A stretch of DNA of 62,714 bases, counting the filler, from Choristocarpus tenellus KU-1152 (Eukaryota > Protista > Phaeophyceae), in assembly GCA_964200185.2 (NCBI GenBank). It is 10 parts of 10 records of this genome, joined end to end, with 100 filler letters (N's around TTAATTAATTAA, not from the genome) between each part and the next. Parts side by side here need not be neighbours in the genome. Positions count along the whole stretch, not along the records: positions 1 to 11,652 come from CAXNAD020002205.1; positions 11,753 to 24,774 come from CAXNAD020001610.1; 8 more parts are not named here. One strand, given 5' to 3'. Numbering within the stretch: position 1 is the first letter of the stretch; every line of letters begins with the position of its first letter. This document shows positions 1 through 13,433 of this stretch, piece after piece. The notes below the pieces were generated by a model, which saw nothing but the letters and a program-made list of their open reading frames with translations, searched no databases and was not told the origin of the DNA. Both the position numbers and the translations under genes were made by a program.

Positions 1-75
1 TCTAAAACCTGTGGGAAGCCAAGCCCCAAATGGACAAGCAGGGCAAAGTTTGTACCCTCTAAGATACTTTAACTC
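1..75. mobile_element. MITE family B, right end (cut by window edge)
   Basis: GGGAAGCCAAGCCCCAAATGGACAAGCAGGGCAAA...TACCCTCTAAGATACTTT matches the right ends of copies at 57528-57787 and 62458-62714. Confidence 0.75.
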
Positions 76-680
76 CTATACTGGCCTCTTGCCCAACAGA
101 ACAAGAGTAAATTACTTGTCCACAATAATAATAGTGATGGTACATTCCACCCACCTGCCCGCAAATTCATGCAACCATCCAACATACACCTAAGCTCTCT
201 AAGTAAGATATGTTCCAGGACAGGAGGGCTACTTGAATTTCAGTAGGATAGGGAGGAGGTTGGTTTCTTGGATTTATCACGGCATGGCAAAGTGTACCAA
301 GATTTGATAAAATGAAGGGTTAGGGATAGTGGATACCGATAGTAGTAATAACATGAATTCTACTGCGTAGCAGAAAAATAAAGTGTTCTGCTCAACCTTC
401 TACTGGAGTAGGACACCTCCACACACAAAAATAATTGACAAAAACGATAGTTGTGGACGTTTCACATAAATTCCGGTGCCTTCAAAATGGTGCTATGATG
501 CTCTAGATCTATCTCCCCTTTCCCTCTCTCTCTTTTTTTCTCTCTTTCTATAGGGAGTGAGCTCTGGTTTGTAGCAAGAGCAATATATTTGCTGACCAAA
601 GGTATGAATCCATCCACCATTGGTGGCATGTATTTCTGCCTTTCTGCCATAATTCAGACAAATATCTGGAGGAAGTAGAT

Positions 681-698
681 TTAGGGTTAGGGTTAGGG
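681..698 (+). repeat. Interstitial telomere-type repeat (TTAGGG)3
   Basis: TTAGGGTTAGGGTTAGGG seen directly. Confidence 0.85.
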
Positions 699-1141
699 CA
701 AGTAATAGAGACACATTCGCAAGCTGCAAGTGTTGCTGCAAAGGTTTAGGGTTGGGGTCGATTTTTTTCTAACAAACACGTGGTCTGGGTCTTGACTGTC
801 ACTGTTGAGGTTCATCTCTTCTGTTTTTCACTTTTTTTTCTGAGCCATTTTTTTTTTTTGTGAATTGCGATGCATTTCTTTGTTTTTTTTTTACTGCTGC
901 ATCTTTGCTTGTCCTCTGTCTACCTTCTGACCACGGGTTGGGACCCCAAAGATGTTTTGTGCGAACAACTGTGGAATTTTTTTCTTAATGTTAAATCAGT
1001 ACCAGCGATATTATAGCTATGGCGATACAGGAGCCATCCGTCAAGCAGCAAAATAATAAACCCTTCAGACTGAAGAAATGTCAATTCATTGCACACATCG
1101 TACTTTGGGCTACATACAATACCTTGCCTTAATTTGTGCAC

Positions 1142-3458
1142 CTGGATCCACTTCCTGTTTATCCACCGATTGCTGTACCCGATCTCCCCCCTCCACTACG
1201 GGGTTTGACAGACGCTCCAGCAGTCCCATCAAGGTAGTAGAGACGAGCTTTGCATTGGCCTTGAGAAGAAGGTGATCGGGGTCACTGCCTCACGCATGGA
1301 CAACAAACATGTGCAAAGATAGGAAACATACATGCACTTCAGGGTAGCTCAAGGAGGAGGTCTGTTGATTATTTGAGATGTGATATTGATGGTATGCAGG
1401 CTGAATGGGGGAGAGGTGCCAAGGTTGAGGCTCTAGTGTCAGGGGTGCTGCTACAAGGTGAATGCATCCTATCAGCTGAATGCCAAACAATAGGCTATTC
1501 CGCGGGCTTGGCTGTTGCATGTCCTCAATTCCTCATTCCTCCAATTTGAAGGGCAACTATATCTTCCTGGTTGCAGGGTGGAGCATTTTTTTTCCAGTTA
1601 CGCAAGGACGGTCTTTTCTTTGGGGAGTGGGGGGGGGGGGGGGGGGGGGCCGACACAAGCGAGTGGTTTCCTTTATTTTTCCATNNNNNNNNNNTGTCTT
1701 CCTGGTGGCGGGGTGGAGCATTTTTTTTCCAGTGAGGCAGGGACGGTGTTTTGTTTGGGGAGGGGGGGGGGGGGGAGGAGTGCCGACAGCAGCGAGTTGT
1801 TTCCTATACTTTTCCATCATAGAACCATTTCCTACAGGAACATCAAATTGTTTGTAGATTTTTCAAGTGTCTATTTCAAGATGTACACAGACAAAAAGGT
1901 ATGGGAGACAGTATAGAGTCATGTTCTCTGAGAGATACGCACTTTTTGGCGGTTTAGCATCGCAGAAGTTGATTTAACCCCAGTTCAATATACCCTATAT
2001 TTTGAATAGTAGATGGCCCCCACAACGAAGGTATCACTCTAGGAAAGTGCCCGAGAAAGTGTATCCCGACAATTGAGCAAAAGGACCCTTTTCGTGATAT
2101 AAAAAAGACACGATTTTTGGGCATTTCTGGGGATCCTTATAATGCAGCCCTGTATATCTCTCAGATGCTATGTTTCATAACATTGTACTAGTAGAGGAAG
2201 AGGTGAAGGGGGGCGGTATGATGTTAGAACCAGATATATATCACTTTGCATTCAGCTATCGCCACTAATATTTCTTGAATCAGGGATGGGTCGCAATGTT
2301 GACATGTAGGGCATGCTAGATTGCGTTGAGCGTGCTGGCAGAAGTCCTATGGAAGAGAGTTGAATCCTTGCAGCCACACGACTCTCTTATTACCCATCGA
2401 TCTTGATTCCTCCTTGTGCAGAATATATATATATATTTTGCAATGCATGTTCCGTGGGCGTTTGATGTTGTGTTTCTAGCCACAGTAGTCCTGTCTTTAT
2501 ACATATTGACCGGGTACACATGAGGTTTCTGTCTGGTTCACAGGAAAAAAATTCTTCACTAAGCTGCACTTATATATGCTTTGAAGAAACAAGTGTTGCA
2601 CCTGCTGTTCTTGTGGTACAACTGAAGAGATGCAGAAGGTCCTCACACTCCAACTTCCAAGCACAGACCAGATTCTCTTTCCCATCCCAGTTCTTGTCAG
2701 CCCCCTCCAGATTTCAATGCTAGAAAACTGATCCCAGAGATTCATCACTAAACAAAGTGGAGCATTATCTTTCACCTATTGATGCATGCACATTCTCACC
2801 CAGCAGAGGCGAATGCAGCCTCGTTGATCTTTGGAGTAGCCTTGATTAGCGAGACTTTCACCCCTTCTAAGTCTCTGCTCTGAATAAAGTTCAACACCTT
2901 GGAGGAAGTGTTTGTTGAGACAAGAAGCGCATTCCCATCAGAGCTAAAGAAATGACTTTTCTACTTGAAGGTGCTAGTCTTGGGATGGTCAAACCAGATA
3001 TTTTCAGTGCCCACTATACGTTCTGTTGATGGTTGACCATCACCTTAAAGAAGAAACGTTAGTTAGCACAAATTGCACTGGTGGAACTTTCAGGAATTGC
3101 AACACTCACTCTGGTTCTCAAACATCTTGGCATGCCAAGTCGCCACAGGGGGAATGAAGAGCATTAACTACACTATACTGCTGCATATGATGAGATGAGA
3201 TACATTGGTGCGTAAAGTAGAGGAGACATCAGCTTTGTCCATCAGAGTGTATCACTTCTACAGCTGAAAATTTTACTGAGTTGGCCTATTGCCCACCTTT
3301 CCCATTCGAAGCACGGCAGAACCCACCGCTACAGCTGCTAGTGTCATTCCCCTCTGATCCTCGTAACGTCGCTCGGCATCCTTCGCCACTTTGTGCGCCC
3401 TTTCGAAAGAAGTTTCCAACTCAGCCCATAGAAGCTCAGGAGATACTGTGTTCGCCAT
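1142..3458 (-). CDS. Hypothetical multi-exon protein, 5' part (may continue past the left edge)
   Basis: Phase-compatible GT-AG exons: 3458-3297 (MANTVSPELLWAELETSFERAHK...RMGK), ~2897-2800 (VLNFIQSRDLEGVKVSLIKATPKINEAAFASAG), ~2719-2602 (IEIWRGLTRTG...EQQ); a further likely exon at ~1285-1142 (DPDHLLLKANAKLVSTTLMGLLERL...). No family recognised. Confidence 0.5.
1916..2180. mobile_element. Degenerate MITE-like element (family D)
   Basis: Inverted repeat TCTGAGAGATA (1927-1937) / TATCTCTCAGA (2155-2165); outer ends loosely resemble the GAGYCAAAGTATCT terminus of the other families. Confidence 0.4.
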
Positions 3459-3698
3459 TGCCAGTGTCTGGTGAGCAAGGCACGAATAAACTACGAAGTG
3501 ATCGCTGACATGGAGTCCCTCCAAGTGTCTTGACGACTCCTGTTGTACTACAGAACTTAATACGTGGATGATGATTTCTAACCAAGGTTCAGACAGTTTT
3601 GGATCGACTTAGCAATCAAAACCGCAAAGTCATACTCGCGTTTTCACCCCATACATTCTAGAGCCCACACTACACGTTGCTCTCGTATACTGGAGTTG

Positions 3699-3743
<45 letters not shown>
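3699..3743 (+). repeat. (TAC)15 microsatellite
   Basis: Perfect trinucleotide run; produces the spurious poly-Leu and poly-Tyr ORFs in the track. Confidence 0.95.
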
Positions 3744-3746
<3 letters not shown>

Positions 3747-4078
3747 CTATATTGTTTGTTCGTTGTTGTCAACGATTACCACATGAAACTGTTCCCCTAC
3801 AGCTCTGTAGCGCCACATGGACTTACTCGAGAAATACAAATGATATTATTGTTTACCCAACGCTGTCTCCACATTTGGTGTTGCTTGGAAGAAGGACAAA
3901 CTGGGTTTGTGTAATCTCAATTCTGAGCCCTCTTCGATGTTAACCTAAAGGCGAAGTCGCATAAGGCATCCAGAAGCTTGTGTTTGGGAGAAATACCTCG
4001 TAAAATCCGTCACCTCAAAACCCGGGTGGGTCTCGTGGAGACCAGCATAGGGGAGGTGCATCTCGTTCACACGACAAG

Positions 4079-5255
4079 ATGTCTTTGATTTTCACTATTG
4101 TGGGAAGGAGCGAACCGCTCTACGAAGCAGAGCTTGGGTCAGGGATGGGGGCAGGTGGTTTGGCTAGGGTGCCAGAGGAATCGGCACACCTGAACCAGTT
4201 CATCATTCATTCGGCACTCGATATGGTTGACCGCAAACAATGGGCTACACCTGCAACGTGAGCAACCTCTTGGGATGTATATCGACGCACCTCTCTCTCT
4301 CTCTCTCGTTCTCTCTCTTCCTCTCTCGTGTCCCTGTGGTTCGTTCTAGAGATGAGAGTTATAACGTAATAGTTTCCTGTTCACTAATCCTTACACCCGA
4401 TGTCAGGGTTCAACAACTCACAACCTAGACTACATTTGCCATCCCGTCCTCTTCGTATGCCCAGACACCTGAAGTCGGTCGACAGGTTCAACGACCAAAT
4501 TGTATCGGCATTCCTTACAGCAGGAGGTATAAAGTTCATGTTGCTTCACGATGTGACCAGGAGTGATGAATCTGTGCGAAGTTTCTTCTCAGATGTGCAC
4601 GAGATCTATGTCAAGGTGAGGGGCAGCAAAGTAAACCTCATTGCTCGAACGAGTATACGAGAAGGGAGGTAGGGAGTAAAAGATTTGTGGGGAGATAGTT
4701 GCTACAATATCGTCGCAATGTGTGAAACTTTCGTGAGGAGGGCAGAAGTAAGATGAAATTAAAGGAACGAAAGCATCACCGCGTCATTCCGTAACAATCA
4801 ACGTACCTACAAAGAGATAGCCAGATAACCCTGATGTCTATTCATACATGATGAAGTTTGAGGACTCATAACATTGAATCCTGCATATTGATATTGGAAA
4901 TTACCATTACTAACAATGCAACAAGTCCAAAGCAATGTCACGCGTGCACACTGTATCTTGTGCCTTAGTCAATGGGCTAATCGCTTGCACACATGTACAA
5001 TAGATACACAGGTTCTAGTGTGTGTAGGCAGGTGTGTGATATTTTTCCTCTTGCTCTCTATCCCCCCATAATACTGCCCGTGCTGTGTCTAGTTCAAAGC
5101 TCGCCAAAACGGCTAAACATTGCACATGTGTTTCTCTTCTTGTCATCGTCTCCCCTCCCCAGCTGCTGATGAACCCGTTCTACATTTATGATTCCCCAAT
5201 ATTCTCGCTGGCCTTTGATCAGCGAGTCAAGGGACTGGCACAAAAATACTTTTGA
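4079..5255 (+). CDS. TRAPPC2: Trafficking protein particle complex subunit 2 (sedlin/Trs20)
   Basis: Exons 4079-4257, 4465-4615, 5163-5255, all GT-AG and in phase; sedlin motifs HLNQFIIHSALDMVD, LKSVDRFN, VSAFLTAGGIKFMLLHD, FFSDVHEIYVKLLMNPFY, FDQRV. Confidence 0.95.
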
Positions 5256-6669
5256 ACATGGAACATTCAATTGTCTTTTTGTGTGGCTCAGGAGGGGGTT
5301 GGTGGTTGGATTTTTGTTGTGGTGATTTGTGACTCGGTGTCTCTTATGTTTTTGTCTTCTATGTTTCTTTTTGTTGAACAATCCCCCCACTCTTGTCTTT
5401 AATTTGGGTACAATCAATTGAAAAATTTGATGTGATAATGTGTTCCTGTGTGTGTATCCTTGTCAAGCAGTGTTTATTTTCTATCAGCTCCCAACTGGTA
5501 ACACCAGTACATTTCTGGATGTTTTCTACATGTTATTTCAGGGTCTTTGTTACTGGGCGTTATGCTGAAAACTGGGTAGATTTGAAGGGGTTACGGATCT
5601 GTGATGGGGATCAACGTGAGAGATGTGAGGAGTGTCTTAGGTGCTGCTAGATCGTACCTCAATTTGAACTTACTTGTGGCCTTGGACGAGATTCCTGTGT
5701 GTTTGGATACCCTCCACAACTGCTAACCTCACCAGGCCACTATGTAGTTATGCTCTGTAGTGTTCGACTGGTCTGTGATATTCTGGGCTGAAGATTGTTA
5801 TGGAGTCCTGTTATCTTGAGGGTAATAGTGGTCACTTCATTACAAAATACCATTAGGCCTCACGGTGGTTGTACCCTTTAAGACTATTTCTTTGCTTGGG
5901 GCATGTGGTGTGTTCTCCTCATGCAAGGGTTCCATTGAATTAATGACTTATTGCATAGGCTTGATTTGCTCTGTGTTTTCTTAGATGTGACTGCATCCAC
6001 AAGTATGTTTGTGGGTGCAACACAGCCTAGCCTGTCCATTCAAATTGGTCTACACAGAAGGTAGTGGTGTCAAGAACAACGGGCAGAGTCCTAGGAGACA
6101 TACGTGAAGAGGAACCTCTACACTGATGGGATGATCTTCTTGATGCTTCAAGTCAATTGGATGGAGCTACCCTGCGATATCCCCCACCTAATCAATCCGT
6201 TGTAGCCAAGATATCAGTCGTTTTGCTTTGTGTCCCGCTAGAGGTTAAGGGTAGTGGGTTTATGGGTGAGTATTAGCATTTGTTGACTTCACCTATTGCT
6301 GTTCTCGAATGACCTGATGTGCTTGAATTGTGTGGGGTGAAGGTTGAAGTTTACAGTAGTCCCTTGTGACCATTAAGTGTGTCCTTTCTTCATCTCTACT
6401 CAAGCACTGTTGTGTGCAAGCCTCTCAGATGTCAAGCCAATTCATAGTGACTATAATGAATCTATTCCTTTATAATGGGGGTGAAAGTTGTGACAAACGA
6501 TACTTTGAAGTAGTATATAAAAGTATGAACAAATGCTTTTCCTAGGTACTTTTGCTTGGATCTTGATGCAGATCACTACCTCGGAAGCAGCGACACCAAC
6601 TCTCGTTGTTTCCGGTGGAAGAGTTACCATTTTACTGTAGTAGATAAAGTGTTACTTATCGTTCTTAGA

Positions 6670-7927
6670 TCACATGTCTTGTAGTGATGGGACCACAACG
6701 ACATGCTCTTCACTCTGCAACACATCCTTGATAATAGCTGTCATCTCCAGTGGTGTGCCGTCGTCCTTCTCCATTGTCTTTGGTGTCCCAAGTTTCTCCC
6801 AGCCCTGCAGGTAGGTACATTTGAATAGTGTGGGTGGGGCGTGAAACTGTTTGAGTGGTGTCTGGTGCCGCATGTGAGGGAATACGCAGTTAAATAATAT
6901 CGAGCATGCAGAGACAACTTGAACACAGAAACCCATCTCCAGTATGGGATCTGGAAGTGATGTAATCCCTCTGATGACCTGGACTAACTCAACCTGTCGG
7001 TCCTTTTGAAGGGAATGATGCGCGCGTATGTCAAGAGACAGTGCCAAGAAGTGTCGAAGGTGAATAGGAAAACTCTTCTCTTAAACCTCTCGAACATTGT
7101 CCTTGTCTGTGAGTCAATATTGAACCTATAGATAGGATGATGCTTTGGTCGTGCAACCCTCTTGTTTCCCTTATTCTTAACCTCAGTTACACATCTCAGA
7201 AGGTGCATGGAACAGAGAACCGAATAATATGAAGTACATTGAACCGATCTTTATTCAAAAATACTATAATATTGTGTCTTTGGGTGATCCATGGTGAATC
7301 CATAGCCTGCAAAGGAAAGTATGACAAGCACAGCGCAGAACCAGATGACGAAGTTGCATATGTGGAAAAACGAGACTGTTATCAACATAGTCATCAACAC
7401 CTCTACGTCACCAACTTGTTTTTCAATGATCGTCATCGATATGCCTCAGGCCTCCGAAGTGTTACTTTTTGCTATTTTCGTGGATTGCAGTATAAACGCG
7501 TAGGTCGACTTGACAAGCAATATGAAGGCAACAGATTGCAGACAAAGATATCTATTTTAAAGCGCTTCTTGTGTATTTCGTTTAGACCTTTCGATTGTGC
7601 GCACAACGGATATGACCAGCACGCTGCCCTGCCAACATAATTTGCAATCATGAACCAAACCCTCCGGAAATTAGGTCGCGTATTGAGGCTGAGTACCTAT
7701 GTTTGTGACTGATTTTGTCAGAAGGGGGGAAGTTTTCTGAGATTGCATACCAACCTGACCTGGCAATTGACCTCGTCGCAGCGTGCAATCCCTACGTGAC
7801 CCAGCCACTTCACCCGCTGCTTTCCTTCCCCACACATCACAGGTATCACCTTATCATTAACATGCACGAAAATCTTGATGAAGGAGCCTGTTCCACCGTC
7901 CACCTGTGGCCGGTCTGGTCCAGTCAT
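6670..7927 (-). CDS. 100-aa protein resembling a stand-alone Par3/HAL N-terminal ubiquitin-like domain
   Basis: Exons 7927-7760 (56 codons) and 6804-6670 (44 codons + stop), phase 0; IFVHVNDKVIPVMCGEGKQRVKWLGHVGIAR...IIKDVLQSEEHVVV recalls the animal histidine ammonia-lyase N-terminus (TVHVRGEWLAVPC...VGWLG...ALENNEFVEV). Confidence 0.7.
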
Positions 7928-8375
7928 GATTCTAGAGGAGATCTCGTGGTTGGTGGACTATTTCCCCTCCTAACAAATTGGATGCTTAAAACTATTTTTG
8001 TACTTCAAAGTACTACCTCATAGCTACGTAGCATAGTTATGAAGACTCGTTCTCTTAGTATTACCACCGTAGCCATATACCCCATAGACTTGTTCTTCTA
8101 CCTCGTATCCACCAACCATGCACTGTGGTATGTTTCAATGATGTACCACTAAGATATCAAGAAATGCGATTGCTGTGTTGTAGAAGTAAGTTTCACAATA
8201 GGAGGCTTTATTTCTGTGGATTTAGATTTGTGATCATACAGAATAATCATAGGTGATCATCATAGACAAACAATCGATTTCTCTCTGTTAAGTGTGTTCC
8301 ATAATAGTGTAGATGTGGCGATCTTGATCTTGGTCTCCAACCTCAGAAGAAGTAAGGGAGGACGGAAGGATTACT

Positions 8376-9696
8376 ATGGCCCACAGAAAAGTTGTGGGAG
8401 GAGGACTACGAGGTGATGCATTATCCACGAGGATTGATGAAGAGGGTTCAAGGATGGTAAGATCGTTCGACGAACTAACTCATCCATCTCAGCTAAACTC
8501 CTTCGTGACAGAGGTATTGCAAACTGTTCTCTTCTCCCAAAGCGTGACTCAAGTGGTTGTCTGTTCTTCCGATGTATGGGGTTGAGGTGGAAGTTCCATG
8601 TAGTGTTGACACTAACACCGAATCTTGCACTGCTGCACTCTATTTTATTGTTTCTGGAGAGAATAGTGCCACCTTGCTGTGAGGTGACACCAGTAGGTCG
8701 CTTGGCACAATGTAACAGATGTTGTTAGCGGCATTTGGATCAATGGCAAAGCATGAAGTTTACCACTGAATAACAGGCGAACTCGGCGAGGATTATATTT
8801 TTTTGCCATTGGTAGAAATCAACCCAACATCTAGTGAAAGTTGCGAACCTTTCGGTCATGACCAGCCTGTTGTCACCGCTAAATTCCAAAGGCTGAAGGC
8901 TCTCACAGCCGTGTGGCGTCCTACTTGATAGGCCGACTTTATAGGTACGGACTCAAAGAGTAATCATACAGAAGTTTCGAGTACTAATGTCTTTCTCAAT
9001 GGGGTATGACTATTGCGTACATTTTGTAGTATATATTGTTATGCTCCACTGATCTTAGTCAATATTTTTTAGAAATAGCTTGGCTAGTGTGATGGGTGAC
9101 TGGTCCTGGCCCAATACATCTCCCATTCCCATCGAGAGTGGAGCATACCAAATGTGCCAAGGAATAGGTGCTTCAGAGGTGCATCCATGCTCGTAACAAC
9201 AATCCTCGTGGCTACTCTCGCCCTCCTCTCACTCAGTGACCCTTTGCACTACTAGTATTGTTTGTGCCTACAAGAAGGACGCAACCTCTGCTTGTGGTCG
9301 GTGCTGTTCATAAAGCGTTGCCCGTTCATAGTCGTCTTTTTTTTATGATACAACTTGGAATATCCTTCTACATACGGTTGGTCTAATTTCGCTTTGCTGT
9401 CTTCATCGATCAAAGTCTACGAAACGAGCCCTCTTTCTATTTCACCTTCAATGCCATTTCTGTTTTATCTTTTCGATTGGTGTCCCATGCCTTCATTGGC
9501 CCAGTCACCACTCAATACCTCATCCCTTGGTGGATTAGAAATGCTGAAGAGCCATGTGACACGGCCATCGATCACACAGCCAACGACCAGCAAGGATGTC
9601 GTGGAGCACACGCAATGGTCCAGAGTGCAGGTGAACGATACAGCTGAATCAAACTCAATACCTTGCAGGTTGAAGAGCGTAGGAGATTCGAGATGA
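8376..9696 (+). CDS. Hypothetical protein, 5' exons (3' end uncertain)
   Basis: ATG exon 8376-8456 ending at a GTAAG donor; probable exon from 9505 after a pyrimidine tract and CAG (SPLNTSSLGGLEMLKSHV...); head-to-head with the gene starting at 7927. Confidence 0.35.
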
Positions 9697-10206
9697 AGCA
9701 CTACTTAGCTGGAGAGGTTAAAATGAGTCTTGCAGTGTGCATGGAATTGACAGAAAAGGGCACAGGAAATCAAAGGGCTTCAGGATATATGTGTACATTT
9801 GTTGTCTAGACTATGATAGGGTGTGTGTGTAAGGACATGCCCCTGTTTTCACGCTCTATCGCTAAGAATAACCCTAACCCTAACTCTTACTGTTGCTGTT
9901 GCCACCTGGAACTTCCACATTGCACCATATTGTTGAAGAATCTCAAACCGTTGTGAGATTATTTTTTTTCAAAAGTGGTTTGTTTTTATTCATCTGGTGT
10001 GCTCCTATTTCAAGGGTATGCAGGCTATTGTGGTGGTGCGTCGATTGTGGTGCTACTGCCTGATACTTGGGCACTAGCTACCCATACACAAAAGGCTCAT
10101 TTGACATAGTGCAGTAAAGTGTCTACTTCTCTTTTTTTTTTGGAAGATGCTACTGTGTCCTTGTATTTATCTAAAGCAGTAGAAATAGTGCATATTTTGA
10201 TTTTTT

Positions 10207-10500
10207 TTATTGATATTTTATTCTCGATGTGTTGTGTCCATATTTCTCACCCTTGACAAAGCCGGCAAATGGTGTACAATATATTTGTTTGAGGGCAATA
10301 GTGACAGTGTGTTGATTCTGTCTGAAGTATGTAATACCATAGTACTGCAAAGAGAACGATTTTTTATATATGTAAGGAGCAAGTGTATGCACGTTGGAAG
10401 TGTACATGGCATTGCGTCGATCCTTGACGAGAGTACAGACAGAGAGGGCTTTTGTCACTGGTATGTTGTGTTCTGAAAATCTTTATGTGCACCTGCTGGG
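10207..10500 (-). mobile_element. Possible degenerate hAT transposase remnant
   Basis: LVKDRRNAMYTSNVHTLAPYI loosely resembles the hAT motif (..RW..M.S.LH.AAY.L.P); embedded in very AT-rich DNA. Confidence 0.25.
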
Positions 10501-11652
10501 CTGTTAAAATAATGTTCTTAGTCTTTCAAGTTCACCTTTTTTCTTGTATTTTTTTTGTCAGAAATCTCTCGTTTGTGTGTTACATCTAACCAACCCTCTA
10601 TCCTTAGACCCTGACTGGAGATCAAATTCAAAATGTGGTTCTCATACAAGATCACAATACAACACGGCTCATACACATTTAAAATGCGGTAGAAAAAGCA
10701 AGTACACAAAAGTACACCACGGCATTAATCGTTGTAATTTTTGCTTAAGTTCCAGAACATTCCATTTTATTTCAGATATATTATTTCGTCGTTTTTTTTT
10801 CTCACGTATCATCCCCCCAAGTTCTTGCCAGTGATGTAGTTGGCTTGCACTATGTATATATTTATTAGTATATTTATTTTCTCCAGCGGACAAGAACGTC
10901 CAAAAAACGTCACTTTTGTTATTGTAAAAAAAAATCACTTTTGTTATTTTGTCAAAAAATCAGGATATAGGATAAAGAAAAGAAATGTGCGTCTCCCTTT
11001 TAAGGTATTCTAGGTATGCTCTTGAGTTTTTTTTTGAGATTCGAAATTGCAGATGCTGTTGCATTATGCACGCAAAATATATATTTCCTCAAGAACAAAA
11101 CGAGAGTATATGTATGTTCTTTTTATCTGAAGAAAAAAAAAAAGTGTATTTTTTTTCGTGCGTGAAAGTTTTTATTGTTATGTAGTATATAGAGTGACCA
11201 ATATAAACCCTGAATTATTTAAAATGGACAACGCCAGGATTAGTTACCTACAGAATGCTGTGTATGCACTACTGCAGTGTCATAAAAAGTCGGGAAAAAT
11301 GTTGGAGGCGAGCCCAGAGTGCCCAGAGCTTAAAATTTCCTTGCCCCATCCCCTCCCTGCAATCACCTGTGTTATGGTTTACCCATCTAATTTTGGGGAT
11401 CTTTTTTCCCTTTGAGGTAAATCACTCTGAAGAGGTTATACTAAGGTGTGTGGGCCGTGGCTGGTTTAAAGGACTTGTGGTGGTCTTCATTGTACTGTGC
11501 TCACTGTCTCCTATTTTTCTCAAGGTTAGTGCAGAAAATACAGGTGGGGCAGAGGGCAGGTGGATTTACACAATAAAAGTATCGTAGTTAGAAAGCAAGC
11601 TGGAGATGGTGTAGGGAGACTGGTGTTTTGTTTTTTTTTTCCAATTTTCATG

Positions 11653-11752
11653 NNNNNNNNNNNNNNNNNNNNNNNNNNNNNNNNNNNNNNNNNNNNTTAA
11701 TTAATTAANNNNNNNNNNNNNNNNNNNNNNNNNNNNNNNNNNNNNNNNNNNN
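11653..11752. other. Artificial contig linker N44-TTAATTAATTAA-N44 (first of nine)
   Basis: Identical 100-nt spacers at 11653, 24775, 29480, 36135, 39188, 42270, 46987, 54711 and 59187; the core has stops in all six frames. Confidence 0.97.
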
Positions 11753-11843
11753 ATTTTTTGTTCGTGGTTGGTTCTTGCGCCCCCCACCCCCCCCTTTTGT
11801 CTTCCCCCCCCCCCCCCACACTTTCTATGAAAAAATGCGTCAG

Positions 11844-13433
11844 GTTCGGGACTCAGCGTTGGAGGTTCTGTCTTTCCTTGCAGGATTGTCAGACAAGCTT
11901 AAGGCTAGGCTAGGGTCAACCCCTGATTGCATACCGTCCCTGGCGAGGCTGGTGATGTTGGGAGGAGGGAGGGGGGAGTCGCAGGTGAGAGGAAAGAGAG
12001 GCATGAGTTTAGGTAAGAGGTGGGTTTCTGTTCAACAAACTAAAATGGGATCTTTGATGACAGTCTTGAAGTGTTTCTGATTGGAGACCCCTCGCATTCT
12101 CCACTTTTGTCATCAGATTGACTGCCTGTTTTGTGAGTGCGTTTAGTTACTTTGCATTCATTTTATAGAGCGACAGTTACGATGTGGAGGAAATCTTTCA
12201 TGCTGTCCGTTTGCTTGTAGCGCTCTGTAGCGCTCTGAATTGTGCAGTACCGCCCCATTCCATCTCCCCTGCCTGATCACCTGCTCTGTCCACTCATCTG
12301 TTCATGCCGTGTCAAGAAGGGTTTGGAGTGTGATTCTGTTGTGAATATGTTGTTGCTCTTCTTGAGCAAGTTCACCTGCAAATGGTGACATTTTATTTTT
12401 GAAAGGGGTATTTTTCTTTTTTCTTTTTTCTTTTGAACAGCAATTTTTCGTGGCGTGTATTGGGAGTGTTTCATTCCAAGTGCGTTTGCTGGAGATGGTT
12501 GTTCTGTTGCTGTAATTTTTAGTGCTAAAAATTCCCGCTTTGAATGAGAGTAGCCTCTGTATATTGGAGCATCTTATTTTTTCTCGCTAAAGTGGTGACT
12601 GGCTTATTTAGTGCAAGGTGACTAACTGGATCACCTTTCTGATTATTTAGTGCAATCTGCCTCTAACTCCTGCAGTGATATCAATTTTTGATAATGAACT
12701 CTAATAATGAAGACTTTTTTTTTGGTATTATTGTGGGTTGGGAGGGCAGTGATGCAGGCAGGCAGGCAGGGTTTGAATATGTGTCCTATCTGTTGTACGC
12801 TGTTGCTCAATAATGTATTTTGACATTTATACATGTTAGATTGAGTTGTAATGCCTACTTTTTGGTCAGGGATTTGGCGAGAAATGGGAAGGAGGTAGGG
12901 GAACAGGGAGGTAGGGGACAGGGGAGGGGAGGGGAGTAGAGGTGAGAATGGGTTCTCCTTATGTTTGCTGTTCAATTTGCTTGTTTGACAGGAGTTTTGA
13001 ATGTCCATTGTTTGGGAGGCATGCAAGGGTGATGGTCTGAAGAGTAATTTTTTCACCAATGGAATAGCCTGTAAGTTGCATTCAGCCAATAGGATGCATT
13101 TGTTGTGCCACCTTCTTTTCCCCCCTCAATCTTGGCCTGGATTCTAAACGGGGCCACTATCGTTTTTTGGCCCCCCATTTCCACTTTTCATCCTTATCTA
13201 TTCTTGTTTGACTTGCCCTGCTGTTTTAATGACTGTTAACACTGGGTTTGTATAAACAGGCAAGGCGTATGTCGTCCCTCACTTTGACAGCATTGGCCAC
13301 AGTGGAGAGCAATCACGGACGCATCCGCTCGCTGTACTCACAGCTCCTGAGTGTTGCAGCGAGGGACACCTACACAGCAGATCTATTATTCAATGGTTTG
13401 AGAGGCGTATTCCCTGATTCCCCAGCAGCTTGA
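11844..13433 (+). CDS. Last two exons of an armadillo/HEAT-like helical protein (partial)
   Basis: Exons 11844-11984 (VRDSALEVLSFLAGLSDKLKARLGSTPDCIPSLARLV...) and 13260-13433 (ARRMSSLTLTALA...PDSPAA*), phase 0, GT-AG. Confidence 0.65.

Noticed and set aside
1557-1820. ~135-bp tandem duplication with Gly-rich ORFs
   Set aside because: The two copies flank a 10-N gap and poly-G; probably an unmerged overlap of low-quality contig ends
3677-3943. Poly-Leu / poly-Tyr ORFs resembling a signal peptide
   Set aside because: Translation of the (TAC)15 microsatellite
5640-6450. Possible LTR-retrotransposon remnant on the minus strand
   Set aside because: Too degenerate; no diagnostic RT, integrase or RNase H motif recoverable
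11697-11708. Recurrent TTAATTAATTAA as a biological repeat or CRISPR-like motif
   Set aside because: Always embedded in exactly 44 N on each side, so it is an artificial linker
8376-13433. Joining the 8376/9505 exons to the ARM-like exons at 11844-13433
   Set aside because: A linker at 11653-11752 intervenes and nothing shows they belong to one gene
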